Positions 48,530 through 62,500 are shown, counted from the stretch's first letter. The stretch: DNA of 64,000 nucleotides from Octopus sinensis (GCF_006345805.1 NC_043001.1:88412001-88476000), one strand, 5' to 3'. The notes: a model not told the origin generated them from the sequence alone. A program made the numbers and translations.

Positions 48530-48742
48530 GGCAAGCTGGCCAATTCATTAGCATGTCAGACGAAATACTTAGGAGCATTTAGTTGGTCTTCATGTTCTGA
48601 GTTCGAATTCCGCTGAGGTTGACTTTGGCTTTCATTCTTTCCAGGTCAATAAAATAAGTACTAGTTGAGTACTGGGGTTCATGTAATCAACTTACCCCAC
48701 TCCCCTGAAAATTACTGGCCTTGTGCCATAATTTGAAATCAT
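48530..48742 (+). mobile_element. tRNA-derived SINE (family A)
   Basis: TTCTGAGTTCGAATTCCGCTGAGGTTGACTTTG...GGCCTTGTGCCATAATTTGAAA. Confidence 0.85.
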
Positions 48743-49572
48743 TAATTTCATAGTTTATATACAAGAGGTAAAACAAGATTTTATATTTACATTCAAAGGG
48801 CAGAAAAAAATCAAACACATTGTGCAGATTTTTAAATGGAAGTTCACATACACATTTATGATCTGACAAAAACACACATACAAGTACACATACACATAGA
48901 CAAACATTCATAGACACACATGAATTCATGTACACGTGTGTGCACACACACACACACACAAGTGATACAACTTTTGTTTTTGTGACTAAGACTTATGTTT
49001 CACTGCTAGTGAGAGAGAATAAAATCAAAAGTGAGTTACAATAAGTTTTAAAGCTGGTCAAAATAGGCGGTATTGTATTATTAGATAGAAAAAGCAGATG
49101 AAAAATCAATCAGTCACAAACAAAACACACTGGTGATCATTTTAGAAAAATTACTTTGAAACAAAAGAGAAGAAATAGTTTAATATTTAATTTCATATAT
49201 ATAACAAATGGTAGCACTAACATTAATGTTGTCTAGGTAACTACTAACAAAATTTGTTACAATATCACTGCAAAGAGTTGATATGACTGACTGGTCAAGG
49301 CACAGGTCCAATTTATGTCAAATTATATCATAGACATCTTATTTATGTTACAAGACAACAGATACTAGTTCAGTTGTGCATAGGAGCTTATTGGTTTAGG
49401 GAGTTGAAAAACACATGCTTTAGATACACTTATTTGTTTCAGTCATTAGACTATGGCCATCCTGGGATACCGTGTTGGAAGGTTTTTAGACAATCATATT
49501 GACCCTAAACATTATTTATTTTCATGTATAGTACTTAATTACCAATTTCTCTTGATTGCAATGTGGTTAGGA

Positions 49573-49657
<85 letters not shown>

Positions 49658-49919
49658 GGCATAGCTTGCTCCTGTTTCAAAGCTTGACTACTTCTTGTGA
49701 GATGTGCTTTTTCTGTGTATGGGCATGTTAGTGGCTTTTAAGTCTCAAGTCTCTTTGAATTTGCATTAGAAACAGTGGCACAGTGTTGTTTGTCTAGTCT
49801 GATTTGTGGATATTTAAATAACCTTTTAGACCAGCAGGGGGCTTATATGTCCTATTATAAATATGTCATATTAGCTTGTCTGCTGGAATGATCTTTGTGA
49901 CACTTGGATCAACTGTATG

Positions 49920-50420
49920 AAGATGAGTTCTGAGATGTGAAGTTAAATCAGTCTTATAAAAGGCAAGTCTTACCACATGTTGAACAACTAAAGGATGAAA
50001 CTGTTTCTGTGTTTAGTAAGGTGTTATTTTTCTGTTGTTTGTTTCTCTTTTTGCAAACTTTTGTTTCTTTTCTTCAAAAATAGATTCAACATCTTTGTAT
50101 GGTGTATTCGAATCTGCAAGACTGGTTTTTTAGCTAGTCTTAAGACTTGTTTTTTTGGTTTGCACTTTTTTTCCACTTCCCAACAGATAGCTCACCATGA
50201 AAAACTCTGTTTCAGAATGCACTCATCCTCTATCCGTATTAAATGGCTAGTCCACCTCAGCTGATTGGAAACCAGTGTTGTGTAAATTGATGAGATTCCT
50301 ACTCTTCCAGAAGTTTTAGGAGTTGCATGGACAATTCTGTAAATTTGATGAAGACACTTTTGATGAAAACATTCTCAGGATTTTATATGGTGGTTGTAAA
50401 CAATCCATGTTTCCACTGAA
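49920..50420 (-). mobile_element. Decayed RTE (BovB-like) LINE C-terminus with C2H2 finger
   Basis: Minus strand GISSIYTTLVSNQLRWTSHLIRIEDECILKQ and FSCSTCGKTCL(frameshift)YKTDLTSHLRTH. Confidence 0.7.
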
Positions 50421-50779
50421 TAAAGAAGGGAAGCTAGAATAAATACATAATAGGCCAAAATTTTTATGTTGACCTTAATTTGCTGTTGTGTTTGGAAGTG
50501 TCTCCTTGTCTCAAGTTTGTGTGCTGGTTGTAAATGAATGTATAGTCATTCAAGGAATATTATTTCTGTGAAATCATAGTCAGTCGTTGTATTGTTTGTG
50601 TTTGAAAGACTAGAGGAAAGTTCACCTTACATGAAAGTAGGTGAGAATTGGTGATAGGAAAAGCTGTAAAAAATCTGCCTAAATTTTGTCTGATACATGC
50701 AAACATGGAAAAGTTGACATTAGAATGATTATGGTCACACACACATTTATATATGCAATGGTATGGGTACATAAACTGG

Positions 50780-50980
50780 ATCGAGATTGATGACTACATA
50801 AGCAAGTGCTAAGTGCTTAAAGTGAATAGTACCTTTGGAAGAGAAAGACTGAGGAAGACTCAGAATGATATGGAGAAAAATGATCTTAAGGTGATACATC
50901 TGATGAAGAAGATGATGGGACTTTATTGAGTGGTACTATGTGGTGATGCAGAAGACCCAACCTCCTGTGCAAGCTTAGTG
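50780..50980 (+). mobile_element. Decayed RTE ORF end
   Basis: GRERLRKTQNDMEKNDLKVIHL resembles the RTE terminal GRGRPRKTW..V..DL motif. Confidence 0.45.
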
Positions 50981-52189
50981 AAATACTCATTGAAATTGTG
51001 GGATAGTACATATATTCTCCTTGCCTATTTATAGTGCATGCATCCCTCTGTCCCTTCACTATTACCTATTCTGTATCCTCATACCCTTTCCATCTATTCT
51101 TCTACCCATTGTTCCTGTTCTATTTTCTTTCATCACTCCTATCATCTCTTTTACTCACCAATCCATGCCACCCCTTATTGAGAAGAAAGTTCTCGATTTG
51201 TGCCTATTCAATATCTCCATCTTCCTCTCCCATACCTCTGCTACCTATATCCCACTACACTGTCTTCCTCTATTCTGTCAAATCATGATGCTGGAGTGGG
51301 ATTGCATGCTGGTACCCTTTACCCACCCATCCTGACTATTCTGTTACAACTCTATCCTAGATGTGGTCCCCCGAGAATTTATTTTGGTTCCCCATTATCA
51401 TCTCATCTTTTCTCAGTGCTCCATTCAACCCACCTTTATATATTGTGGGGTAGCACTGTATCCTTTCCTACTTAACCCCACCACTCCTATCACTTTCTGA
51501 CTCTCAGTCATCCCCTGGTACTACTTTTCCTTTACCTCCAAGTACCTCTTTCCATCTTATCTTTCCTTCACACACCACTTTACCCACCCATATATAACAT
51601 CTCTTCCAATTCAACCCTCCCCACTATATACACTTTCTCTAACTTCCCTGACACTGCTTTCTCCCCTTTTTTTCCAGTTACCCTCTTCACTAACACTGTT
51701 TTTGTTAGTCTGTCTCTTACTACCTTCTCTCAACAATAAACTTGTGTAACTCCAATAAAGATCTGACATGGATCCTGATGAACTATCCAACCTATACGGG
51801 CATGGTAAGTAGACTAACCCATCCCTCACTGGGTCCACTTGCTCAAATCACCCCATCACCATTACCAATTCGCTCCCCAATTCTCCTTCACACTAATCCC
51901 TGATGTTACTCTTCCCTTTTTCTCCTCCCTTGTGTTTCCTCCTTTGCTCTCTCTAGCACTGCTCCCTCCCTTATTCTATCCACTATCATCCTCTCATAAC
52001 AGTAAATCTCTTCCATCCATCATGGGGCTTTCTTTTGCCTTGCAAGCCCCTCCATCACCAATAGTGACCCCTCCATCACCAATAGTGCTGGAGTCGCAAC
52101 AAAAAAGCTCCCAATATATTCTGTAAGTGTTTGTAAATCAAATCAAGCAGCAACAACACAGAAAATGTGATTATTCTTTCGTCTTGTCA

Positions 52190-52357
52190 ATGGCAAGGCT
52201 ACCTCTATAGCGCTGCTGCTATGAAAAATGCACTCAATAAACTCCATAAAATGGTTGGTGGCGCTAGGAAGAACATCTAGTCATTCCAGAACTGAATCCT
52301 GTTGAGTCATCCAACCCATTCCAACATGGAGAATGGATATAAAATGATGATGATGAT
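52190..52357 (+). mobile_element. RTE-tail SINE/3' fragment
   Basis: GCTAGGAAGAACATCTAG...CATCCAACCCAT...ATAAAATGATGATGATG. Confidence 0.55.
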
Positions 52358-53339
52358 ATATCTGTGTGTTGAAGGGTGCATGCATGCCTATGTGTGTACA
52401 TATATGTACACGTTTGTATTTGATAGGAAAAGTTTCATAGAGGTAAAAAATGCTATCTCATATATGAATTGTTGTAATATGTTTTTGTTAAATATAAATT
52501 TCTCAATGTTTTCTCCTATCATTTTGAATGGAATCACCATTTTCTATCATTAATAAAACTATTGTCTGTTTTGATGACAGGGGTGGGGGTTGGAGATCTG
52601 CTAGTAAAAATCCTACTTTGTAATGTGCTTGAGTTAAGGAGAAGCTATATAGCTTTGTTGACCTCTGACATATTGAAGTGATAAGAAGCTGGAATAGTCA
52701 TGAAGCAGTTACAGTCTTCACCCAACTTTCTAAAAATATTAGTTTCTCTATCTTTTTTATTTCTCCATTTGATACTGCTTTCTCTCTCTTGCTATCTTAC
52801 TATTTCTTTTTTAATTCTTTCTCTCATGCTAATTATCTAATCTTCATTCTCTTTCTCGTTTAAATGTTTCTTCTTATACCTCTTATCTCCTTCTGCCCAT
52901 CCTTTTTTTTTTGCCCCTCTGTTAGCTCACTCTGTTTTCATACCTACAGATGTTGCACATCAATTTGCACACAACTAATTTTATATTATATCATAACTTT
53001 TCTACTTGGACAATTTTTGAGATGTTTGTTCCAGAATTAATCTATCATAACAAAAGCTTTCAGCAATTTTTGTATATCCTATTTCAGATAAGATTTTCTC
53101 TCTTTTATGATGTCTGCTCATTGTTGGAATGTCTTGAATTTCTGAACTTCCTGACTACATAACATTTTTGTATCTTGTAAATTAATTGACTCTGTCTTCT
53201 TAAGTACTTAACATGCAGTTATCTAACAAATTAACAACAAGATGGTAATTTGAGTTTATTAAATTTACTTTTATCTCATAAGTTAAGTACTTGAAGAACT
53301 AATCAAATCAACACTGAGGAACTGCATCATATTTCTTAT

Positions 53340-53560
53340 AATTGTTTCTCACATAGGCACATGGCCAGAAATTTAAGAGGAAATGCTTGTCAATTACATT
53401 GACCCCACTACTTGACTGATACTTTATTTTATATTGACCCTCTAAGGGATTTAAAGTGAATTTGACCTTAACGGGATTTGAATTCAGAATATAAAGAGTT
53501 GCAACAAATACCACAAGGCATTTTTTCCAATGCTGTAATGATTCTGCCAATCTACTGTCC
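53340..53560 (-). mobile_element. tRNA-derived SINE (family A), diverged
   Basis: ATAGGCACATGGCC...ATTGACCCC...GGATTTGAATTCAGAA...AATGATTCTGCCA. Confidence 0.7.
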
Positions 53561-56500
53561 TGATTCTATCCTATTTCTAATATTTTAAGTTATATAGGAT
53601 CTTGACTGCACGAATCTTCAACATCAAGCTTTGGCAAATTAGTTTCCATCTATAGTAATTGCTGAGGTTTTATGGCTTTTATCCATTTAATGTGATGTAG
53701 CTGAACTGTTCTATAACCTTTTACTAAGTCAACTTATTTGCATGTAACTGAAGATATTTACCAAGGGTTAGTAGCTACTTTAGGATTGTCATAGGATTGT
53801 AGGTAAAACAAAATTAGTTAACTTTGATACAGTTCACAAATTTTCAGGCAATGGTATAGTTGAATGAATTTACTGCAGTATATGGCTTATATTTGCAGTT
53901 GTCTTATATTTGGTGAATGAAAAGCCAAGTTAGCTCCTTTATCAGTTAGCCAGTTCTGAAATGTATGAAATCACAAGAATTGTGCTAAATTTGTTTATAT
54001 TAGTTTTGAAGGAATTGAAGAATTCTCTAATGTAAGGGAGAAATCTCTGATCCCTTTTCAGAGTATCCCACCACTGGTTGTCAACTGTCACTTAATTCAC
54101 TAACTCAGTCCTTGTAGTTTTTATACCCCAAGAAAGACATATCCAGCTTTCTGTAACCTGGATTCTTAGCTAACTGTATATATCATATATTTATGGGCTG
54201 TTTAGCTGACTAGTTTCTGGCACATTTGGGAAATCCAGTCAGTACATGTCAGATAGTTAAAAATATCTGAGCAGGTTTTTGAGGTTTTTGCACCTTTTGT
54301 TTTGCTCCTCACACAATCCAACTGGTCATAGATGATCATTCCTGTCCAGAACTACTACTTTCATTTTGGTTGTTTTTGTTGTTGTTGAGTTCGTAGTGGA
54401 CTTGGAGAACAACTACCACTCCTTTGAATACACTAATTTCATTTGGTGGTGTGTGTGTGGGTGGGGGGACAGATGCTTTTCCCAGCTTTCTCTTCTGTGT
54501 GCCACAGCCCTTTTTAAGTTGTTTTCTCACCTTGTTTTGTCACTCAGCAAGGTCCTTGTTTCAGAAGAGGTCTGCAGTAGCTGAGATAGAAGGTGAATCT
54601 TTGATTTTGTGTGTCTTCATATATGTATTTTGCTGAAGGGGTGATAGTATTGGTACTGATTTTCTTTTGTAGAGGGTTTGGTACCAGTATCTGTTATTAA
54701 TTTGGGGAAAGCCAGTGTTGTTAAAACTAAGGTACTGTTGCTGCAGTTTCTGTTGTGGCTGTTGTTGATGCTGTTGTTGTTTACTTTGCATCTGCTGCTG
54801 CTATTGTAATTGTGGCTGTTTTTGTTGTTTTTTTAATGTTGATGTTTTTGTTCTTGGCTGTTGTGAGGGTCTTTTTGCTATCATTTGTTGTGGAAAGTAA
54901 GCCTCTCACTGGTGGATGGTGTCACATATGTTGCACCTAGATTTTCTACCTTCCACCATAGCATGCAGTTGGTATCCATTTAGGAGTTCTATAAGATAAA
55001 GAATTTTGTCCAAGTTTTCTGGTTTAACCTGGCTGAGAACTTCCAACCCAATTCTAGACCAGTTTAATTTTCCTGGTCATGCTTTTTTTATGTCTAAAGG
55101 GGGATTGCCTCCAACTAGAAGAGTGTTTCCCACTCTTTTTAACTGTTGACCATTATCCTTAACACTTTCAGTCCCCATCATATTTTTAATGTACATATCA
55201 GGCCAGAGCAATTTAGTTTGAATTATTAGTTTGATGCAAGTAACTACTTACTATAGCATCACCCAGCTATAATTTTTTTTTTTTAAAGTTAATATTTGAA
55301 TAGGAGACAAAAACTAAAAGAAAAATAAAGATGTGTCTGTTGCATACCCTACCACTCATTTTATCTCCAGTACCCATATAAAATTCTCTTATCCCCCCCC
55401 CCCACCTCATTCCCAGGAGTGGTATTGCTCACTTTGGGTAGCACTGCTCTGGAACAAGGCATTCCACTACCCACCAGATGTTCAATTCTGACTGCACATT
55501 CAAAACTTTTATCTTCACCCCTTTCCTCTCCCTTGTATACTGGGATGAGGGACAAAATCCTGCCTCTTGCTCAGGGTCTGTAGAATATCTGTGTATGTGC
55601 TACACAGAGGAAATTTGCTTCAACTCTACCATGTTGCTTGACCCAGGTGACAAAGTCAGTGTCATATCATATTCTGCTCAAGCATTTTTCCATTTAGGTA
55701 TTTGGGGACATTTGAATTTGTCAGTTCAAAACTGACATACACCAATATACTACAGTTTTTCTACCTGTGTTTTTCCAGGCAGTATGGTGGTACTACCAAT
55801 AGGAGCTTCTTGCTGTGTATCTTAATAAGTGTTTGCATACTGTTCCTCAAAATTTTGTGCTTTTCCTGCAAAAAGAAAGAAAAAAAGGAGTTGCCCTTTA
55901 TGTTTTTGGTAAAGTAACTGCTGCCATTGCTCCTGCTGGATCTGACTGCCATAGTGAATGAGGGAGTGGTGGTTGTGGTGATAAAAGTAGTAAAACCGGT
56001 GTCATTTGTGTTGCTGTTTTTGCAGTTTTCTTTAGAACCACCAAGCTTGGAGAACTGTCACTATTCTTTCTTTTAATTCTGATCTTGCTGCTTCTGTTGT
56101 TGTTATCACTCTTTTATCTATTTTTGCTACTGCTGTACTGATTTTGTTTTTATTATTGTTCTTGTTAGTCTGTTTTTATTGTTGCTGTCCCTACTACAAT
56201 TATTCTTGTATGATGTTAAAGTATAAGTAGAAATGGAGTTGCAATGATGTCAGTCTTCTGTTGTCATGGTGACAGTATTACTGTTTGTTTTCAAATTAGC
56301 TAAATTTTGATGCTGACCTCTGAACATTATTGATTTTGTTTCATCCACTTTTTAAAAATAGAAATAACTAAATAAAATGAACAGATTTACAAAATTGCAG
56401 CCTTCCTTTTCAATAGCAGAGACATGCTCATTTAATGTCTATGTCAATTTTCAACAGAACTATAAAGAAAAATAAAATGAACATAAACCTTTTTATGCAA

Positions 56501-56590
56501 AAATAACAGAAAAAGTGAAAGAGACAAAATTTCATGGAGCTCAGGACAAATACTACTACTACTACTATTACTGCTAATCATAATAACAAT

Positions 56591-56805
56591 AACCTTTTTT
56601 ACTATAGGCACAAGGCCTGACATTTTGGAAGAGAAGGCCAGTCAGTTAGATTGACTCCAGTACACTACTGGTATTTAATTCATCGACCCCGAAAGGATGA
56701 AAGGCAAAGCCAACCTTGACGGAATTTGAACTCAGAATGTGCAGACAGACAAAATGCCACTGAGTGTTTTGCCCGGTGTGCTAATGATTCTACCAGCTCG
56801 CTGCC

Positions 56806-56807
<2 letters not shown>
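56591..56807 (-). mobile_element. tRNA-derived SINE (family A)
   Basis: CTATAGGCACAAGGCC...CGACCCCGAAAGGATGAAAGGCAAAG...GGAATTTGAACTCAGAA...CAGCTCGCTGCCTT. Confidence 0.88.
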
Positions 56808-56843
<36 letters not shown>

Positions 56844-56852
56844 AATAATAAC

Positions 56853-56882
<30 letters not shown>
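56806..56882. repeat. (ATT)n/(AAT)n spacerless near-perfect palindrome
   Basis: 35 nt of TTA repeats (56806-56840) immediately followed by AAT repeats, with one C mismatch at 56852. Confidence 0.92.
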
Positions 56883-56883
<1 letters not shown>

Positions 56884-59045
56884 TTTCTTTATTAGCCACA
56901 AGAGCTTGGAAGATAGATTAAAATAAACAAAGAAATGTTAAACTAGTTGTATGGTGGAAACAGTTATATAAAGTCAAGAAAAGGGATGAAAGGCATTATC
57001 CAGCTGTATAGACAAGTTGAAAATGTATAAAATATACAAATAATTCCATACAATTTTAGAATAATTAATATGAAGTATCATCTAAAAAGGAAATAAAACA
57101 TGGAAAATATTTTGAGTTTTTGCCTACATATGGATAGAAACCACTGGCTAGGTTGGGTTAGGCATACCACACATCTCTGCTTGTCTGACATTACTCATAG
57201 TAGAGCCTCCTGCATTCTAAGATACTTGTTAACTTTACTTAGAGTGGGTTGAGGATACACATGCTTCAATTCATTGTAATAAATTACTATTATTTTTTAT
57301 TAGGACTTTAGAACATGTCATATTCTGAATCTATTTGTTCTTTGAATCCAGGCAATGCCTGCTGTACCACTCTGTTATCGTATCTATGAAGCACTGGTTT
57401 AACATCCAGAAGGGGTTAAATTTCATCATCTTCCTTATCATCATTAATTGTTGTTCTGAAGAGGATGGGATCTTATATTTTATTTTCTTCTTCTGTGGTT
57501 GGGTTTTCTTTTGGGCTGCTTTTTCTCTTTTACCTCTTTGTGTTTTCTCCATTTGGAAATTTACTTCCTTCCATTCATCTCCTCACAAAATGTTGGAATG
57601 GTACTATTTTTCCTAGTCAGGAAAGGGAAACAAGGTTCCTGCCTGTTTCTTTCTTGAAATGACTTTCTCTACTAGATTCAGAGTGGGAGAGAGTACCTTA
57701 GAATGGTTTACATCAAAGACTAAGATTGAGGATGATTTTTCAACCATCCTCATATCTACAACTAGTGATGCAGGTGGTGTTGCTACTGGAACAAGAGCTC
57801 CCAGACCCTGATCAACTTTTAGCATTTTACTAGCTCTGCATTATAGAAAACCCTCAGGTGGCTTTTGCTGCCACAAATATAACAGCTGAGCTTTCTTCCC
57901 AGCACCACTAACTAGTTCTATTGCCTTAAAATCAGCCAACACAGTGGGATACAGCTCTGGAATGACCCTGTACTTCTAAGGCATCATCCGGGCATGCATA
58001 TCTATACTGACCTTTACTAATTGCATATAATTTTTTTCTATTTGCATTTAACAAGTGCTCATATTGTTTTACAAAAGTAATGTGTAGCTAGGAGTCAATA
58101 TTACTTGTTATACTTCTGGACAGCACTTGTGGGCAGCTGTTTCACACCCAGTGTCTACTTTCTGTGAGCTTTGTCCTCAGTCCTACAGGTTAGTCAGATG
58201 GTACTCTAATCTTCACCTTTATCAATGTGTAAGGCATTTCTTCTGATAACTGGGGAAGCATGTGAGACATCCCTAGGTATTTTACACTTTTGTAGGATAT
58301 CTTACAGTGTTCCTGATTGTCTTTTGGGGGTATAGTGAAAGCTTTTCCTTAGAGACAAAGGTAGATCAGTCTTCTTGTCCAATTCTGGATGTATATTTTA
58401 GGCAATTCTAACACTGCATTGTTTCAGGTTGTGTACTGTCCATCTTTAAGGATTCAACATTGAAGGCAGTGCAGGCAAAATTAATTTCATATATGGACTT
58501 CTTGTTTGACAACATTTGTGTCTGAGTGTCAGTTGTTGTAATTGTTGCTTTTTGCAAAGTTGGTTCTCAGAATCATGGGGTGGGGGAGCTTTTTGCCTGA
58601 AATAAAAAATTTTGTATTTTTAAACATTGTGTGCATTGTTGCAATGCAGGTTTGTTCAAGTTATTCTGCTATGCAGTGGCAGAAATGCTTCTTTTTTTCC
58701 TTTTAATTTTGGCTTTGGAAAGCATTTCCTCAACTTGATGTCATTGTGAATCAAGTTGAACCAAAACAAAAGTCCAACATGTTAATAAAAACTGTTTTTT
58801 TTTTTTTTTAGAGATGCAAATAAATTACATAAACTTGCCTTGTAAAACAATACAAACACGTAAAATAACATCCAATTTATGAAAAATCCTTGGAAAAGGT
58901 AGTAATTCTAAAGCTAATTGTGAGAGCAAAAAAATAAGTCTGCACTTGCTGAAACCCATAATAACCATAGTAGTAGTAGCAGTAGCAGCAGCAGCAGAAG
59001 CAGCAACAGCTGCTGCTGCTGCAGCAATAATAATCAAAGTAGTCA

Positions 59046-59252
59046 GATGGCAGAATTGTTAGCATACTGAACAAAATGCTTAGTAGCATTTTGTCCGTCT
59101 TTACGTTCATAGTTCAAATTTTGCTGAGGTTAACTTTGCCTCTCATCTTTTGGGTTCAATAAAATAAGTACCAGTTTAGCACTGGGGTCAATATAATCAA
59201 CTAGCCCCGTAACCCAAAATTGCTGGTCTTATGCCGAAAATTTTGAAACCAT
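59046..59252 (+). mobile_element. tRNA-derived SINE (family A) ending ~75 nt upstream of the exon acceptor
   Basis: GGCAGAATTGTTAGCA...AGTTCAAATTTTGCTGAGGTTAACTTTGCC...CTGGGGTCAAT...TTTGAAACCATT. Confidence 0.85.
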
Positions 59253-59326
59253 TATTGTTGTTGTTGTTAAAAACTCGATTTTCTTATAATATTGTGTTAA
59301 TCCCTTTTGCTTATCTCTCTTTTCAG

Positions 59327-59392
59327 AGTAACAGGTGGTGAATTATTTGAAGATATAGTTGCTAGAGAGTTTTACAGTGAAGCAGATGCCAG
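59327..59392 (+). CDS. CaMKII: CaMKII coding exon (subdomain V; vertebrate exon 5 equivalent), 66 nt
   Basis: TCTCTCTTTTCAG acceptor and GTATTA donor. Translates (L)VTGGELFEDIVAREFYSEADA(S); phase 2/2. Confidence 0.97.
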
Positions 59393-60479
59393 GTATTACA
59401 TTCTTTCTTTATTTCTTTACTCTTCACAAACTATGTCATTGGAATGAGCAGTTGGTTGCCATTGTTAAAGTTATTCTTCCTAATAAAGAAGTTTTGCTAT
59501 AATTGCACTCCTTGTCTTCTTTAGCCACCACTCACTAGTTTTTAATTATTTTTAAACTCATTCCTGCACAATGTTCCAGTTTAATAAATTCTACTGTTTT
59601 CATTATTTTTTCTCTCCAAATATTGGAAGTGTATATTAGATTAGAGAGAATAAAATTAGTCCTTAAATTTTCTTAAGAAGCTTGAGGATAGCTAAGATCA
59701 ATGTTTCTAGCTATAGTTTCCCTGTCTTTATCGTGGGCTTTGGTGTTTGAAAATTTAAACCTCTACCCAGTGGAGCCTACTTCAAAGATAATAGCTTATT
59801 AGGAAAGATTTGGCTTCTACATTGAGCAGGTCATGCTGCCCCAAGAGAAATCCTTTACTGGCTTCAATATAGAGTTGTATTTGTAATTAGTAAAAAATAG
59901 TCTCTCTGAGAATTCAAACTTTCCTAAATACTTCTAAAATATCCTAAATTTGTTGATATGATTTTGGTATACATATACACAAGTATATCTCTTGTATGAG
60001 GGTAAGATAAGTAATTTTTGTAGGATACAGGCATATCTTGGATTTATTTGATATAGAAATATGAAACAAAAAAATATTAATTATATCTAGGATTTTTAGT
60101 CTGAAATCTCGTCCGACACTATCTAATATCTAAAATTTTTTATTTCACTTGTTATTTAAATGCTAGCCATGTATTCCCTATTAAGTGCATCCACTAAACT
60201 ACTCTACTACTCTGTTCATCTAATCAAGTTTTCCAGGATAGCAGGCATTTAGTTTAACACTTAAGATCTTAGACAACAACCGAATACAAATGTTAATTAT
60301 TGGTCAGACTGGCTATAATAGTTCACATTGACATATTATGTTTAGCAGCAGCAAAACCCACTTCAAATCATACAAGAAGTCACATTATTCTTAATTCTAT
60401 CCTTTCATCAATTTTTTGTCAGCAAATGAATATATTTGATTCAACCAGTATTATACTGTGAAGTTTTAAACACACCATT

Positions 60480-60920
60480 CTATTCTGTGTGACCACATCA
60501 ACCTATCTGACATTCTTGTTAATATGAATTCCAAAAGACAGGACATATGACTCTACCCTATGTTAATATCTCAACATCCCTGACACCATAGTATTGTTGT
60601 TGCCTGAATGTTAAACTTTAGGGAAGACAAACCATTCTATCTTATATAAATACACCAACATATCAAACAACATCAGTATTATGAATACTAATGTGTTGAA
60701 CTTTAAACAAGATGCATTATTTTATATAAATACTTTAACATATTGAACACCATCAGTATTATGAATTTTAATGTGTCAAGCTTTAGACTAAACAGTACTC
60801 TATATAAATACATCAACATATCAAACACCATTAGTATTATGAAGATTGAAGTATTAAACCTATGACAAGGTACACTTGCTTACCCTATATAGATACATCA
60901 ACATATTCAACAACAAGAAT
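60480..60920. repeat. Old ~80-bp minisatellite
   Basis: TATATAAATACAYCAACATATCAAACACCATCAGTATTATGAA-like units start at 60643, 60723, 60801 and 60886, with more degenerate units upstream. Confidence 0.75.
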
Positions 60921-62349
60921 TCTTAGACTAATATTTTTGAAATGCCTACATCCTAGTGTTTTTGTCTTTAGCACTTGTTTAACTGTACAATTACACACAG
61001 CTTATTTAATCAATACAAATATTTATGATTTAATGAATCAAGTGAAAGAGATTATCACCCTTGTAATAGCTGCAGCTTTGCATCCAAAATTTCAACTGCG
61101 TCACCTGCATAATCCTCTCTGTTTACTACACAACTTGGTGCTTCATTTCAGCATGGTAGTATCTAGGGACTGCAAAACATAACTGCCATGTAAACACTTA
61201 TCATTCATTCATACTAACATTTTTATCAGAGAGGGAAGCACTTAATTTATTTGGTTTTGGGATGCATTAGTGTCTCAAGCAAGACAATTCAGTGGAGTAT
61301 ACATACAGACCATATATACCCAGAGGAGGATGTGAACTCAATGTTACTAGCAAACAAAACACTTGCTGGTTAAACCTGATACTTGGTGGACTTGGTAGTT
61401 AGTTGAATGTCTTAATGATGGACATAACACAATACCAGTCAAAAGATATGAATTATAAACCTTTTATTCTTTAGCTATGGTTATCATATTTTTCTCTATT
61501 ATATCAGTCAATATTATTTTTCTTAACCATTGTCAAACTACTCATCAATATCTGTTTTTTCTCTCCACTCAGTCATTGTATTTAGATATAACTGCAATCT
61601 TGAACTATTACTTACCAGTACAACCTCTAGCTTACTGATGTATCAACCAATTGATGCACTATCTCTCCAACCACTATTACAATAGTTACTCCTACAAATT
61701 AACAAGTTGTATGCTACCTTCACCACCACCAACACATTGTAGCCCAACCATCACCACAAAAACTCACCTTGCCACTACAACCACCACCACTATTCAAGCC
61801 TGACTAATACACAAGCAGTTCTTTCCTTCAGAATTTCTTGTGACTTGCCTGCCACAAATCTACCATAGGGGTTGATTTTCCTTTTCATCCTTTGGGATCA
61901 ATTAGGAAGTAATCGACTTATCATTTTCCAACACATTCTTATTGTATTATTATTTCTAATAGAAGATAACACACCTCTTTAAGTAATAACAAAAAATAAT
62001 ACAGATATGAAGATCTTTAAATAGAGATAACTAGTATGTAGAGTACTGAAAACAGAAATGGTTTAAATATTGATAGGTGCCTTGGGAATGATTAAAATGC
62101 AGAATCAAAACCTCCACCAGCACTTACAAATATGTGCAACATGCAGAAAATGATACCCCTAGGTACTGCATACACATTTCACACAGCATTTTCAATACAT
62201 CAGAAAAGAGAAATCCAAAACAAACCATTGAACATATTCAAGGTACTCTGAGCTGTGCTCTGTAGTGCAGTGAAAAAATGCAATAAAAATAAGACAGCTA
62301 AACCGCAATAGCAAAAACAACAGCAACAAGGACAAACATTTCAGGATGG

Positions 62350-62452
62350 AGTTAGTTGATTACATTAATTCCAGTACTGGCAGTTTATTTTATCAGCCCC
62401 TTAAAGATGTAAGGCAAAGCTGACTTCAGTGGAATTTAAACTCAGAATATAA
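62350..62452 (-). mobile_element. tRNA-derived SINE (family A), partial
   Basis: AAGGCAAAGCTGACTTCAGTGGAATTTAAACTCAGAAT. Confidence 0.7.
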
Positions 62453-62500
62453 TGATAATAATTGTTCCTAATTTAAAGGTAGGGGTTATTTTCTTTAATC

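Noticed and set aside
57600-58560. About 1 kb of coding-like minus-strand sequence (possible LINE ORF1 relic)
   Set aside because: No motif I can recognise with confidence and multiple stops; needs a profile search.
58995-59023. (CAG)n/(CTG)n mini-hairpin with an A-C mismatch upstream of exon 5
   Set aside because: Only about 9 pairs after allowing a loop; common in trinucleotide tracts.
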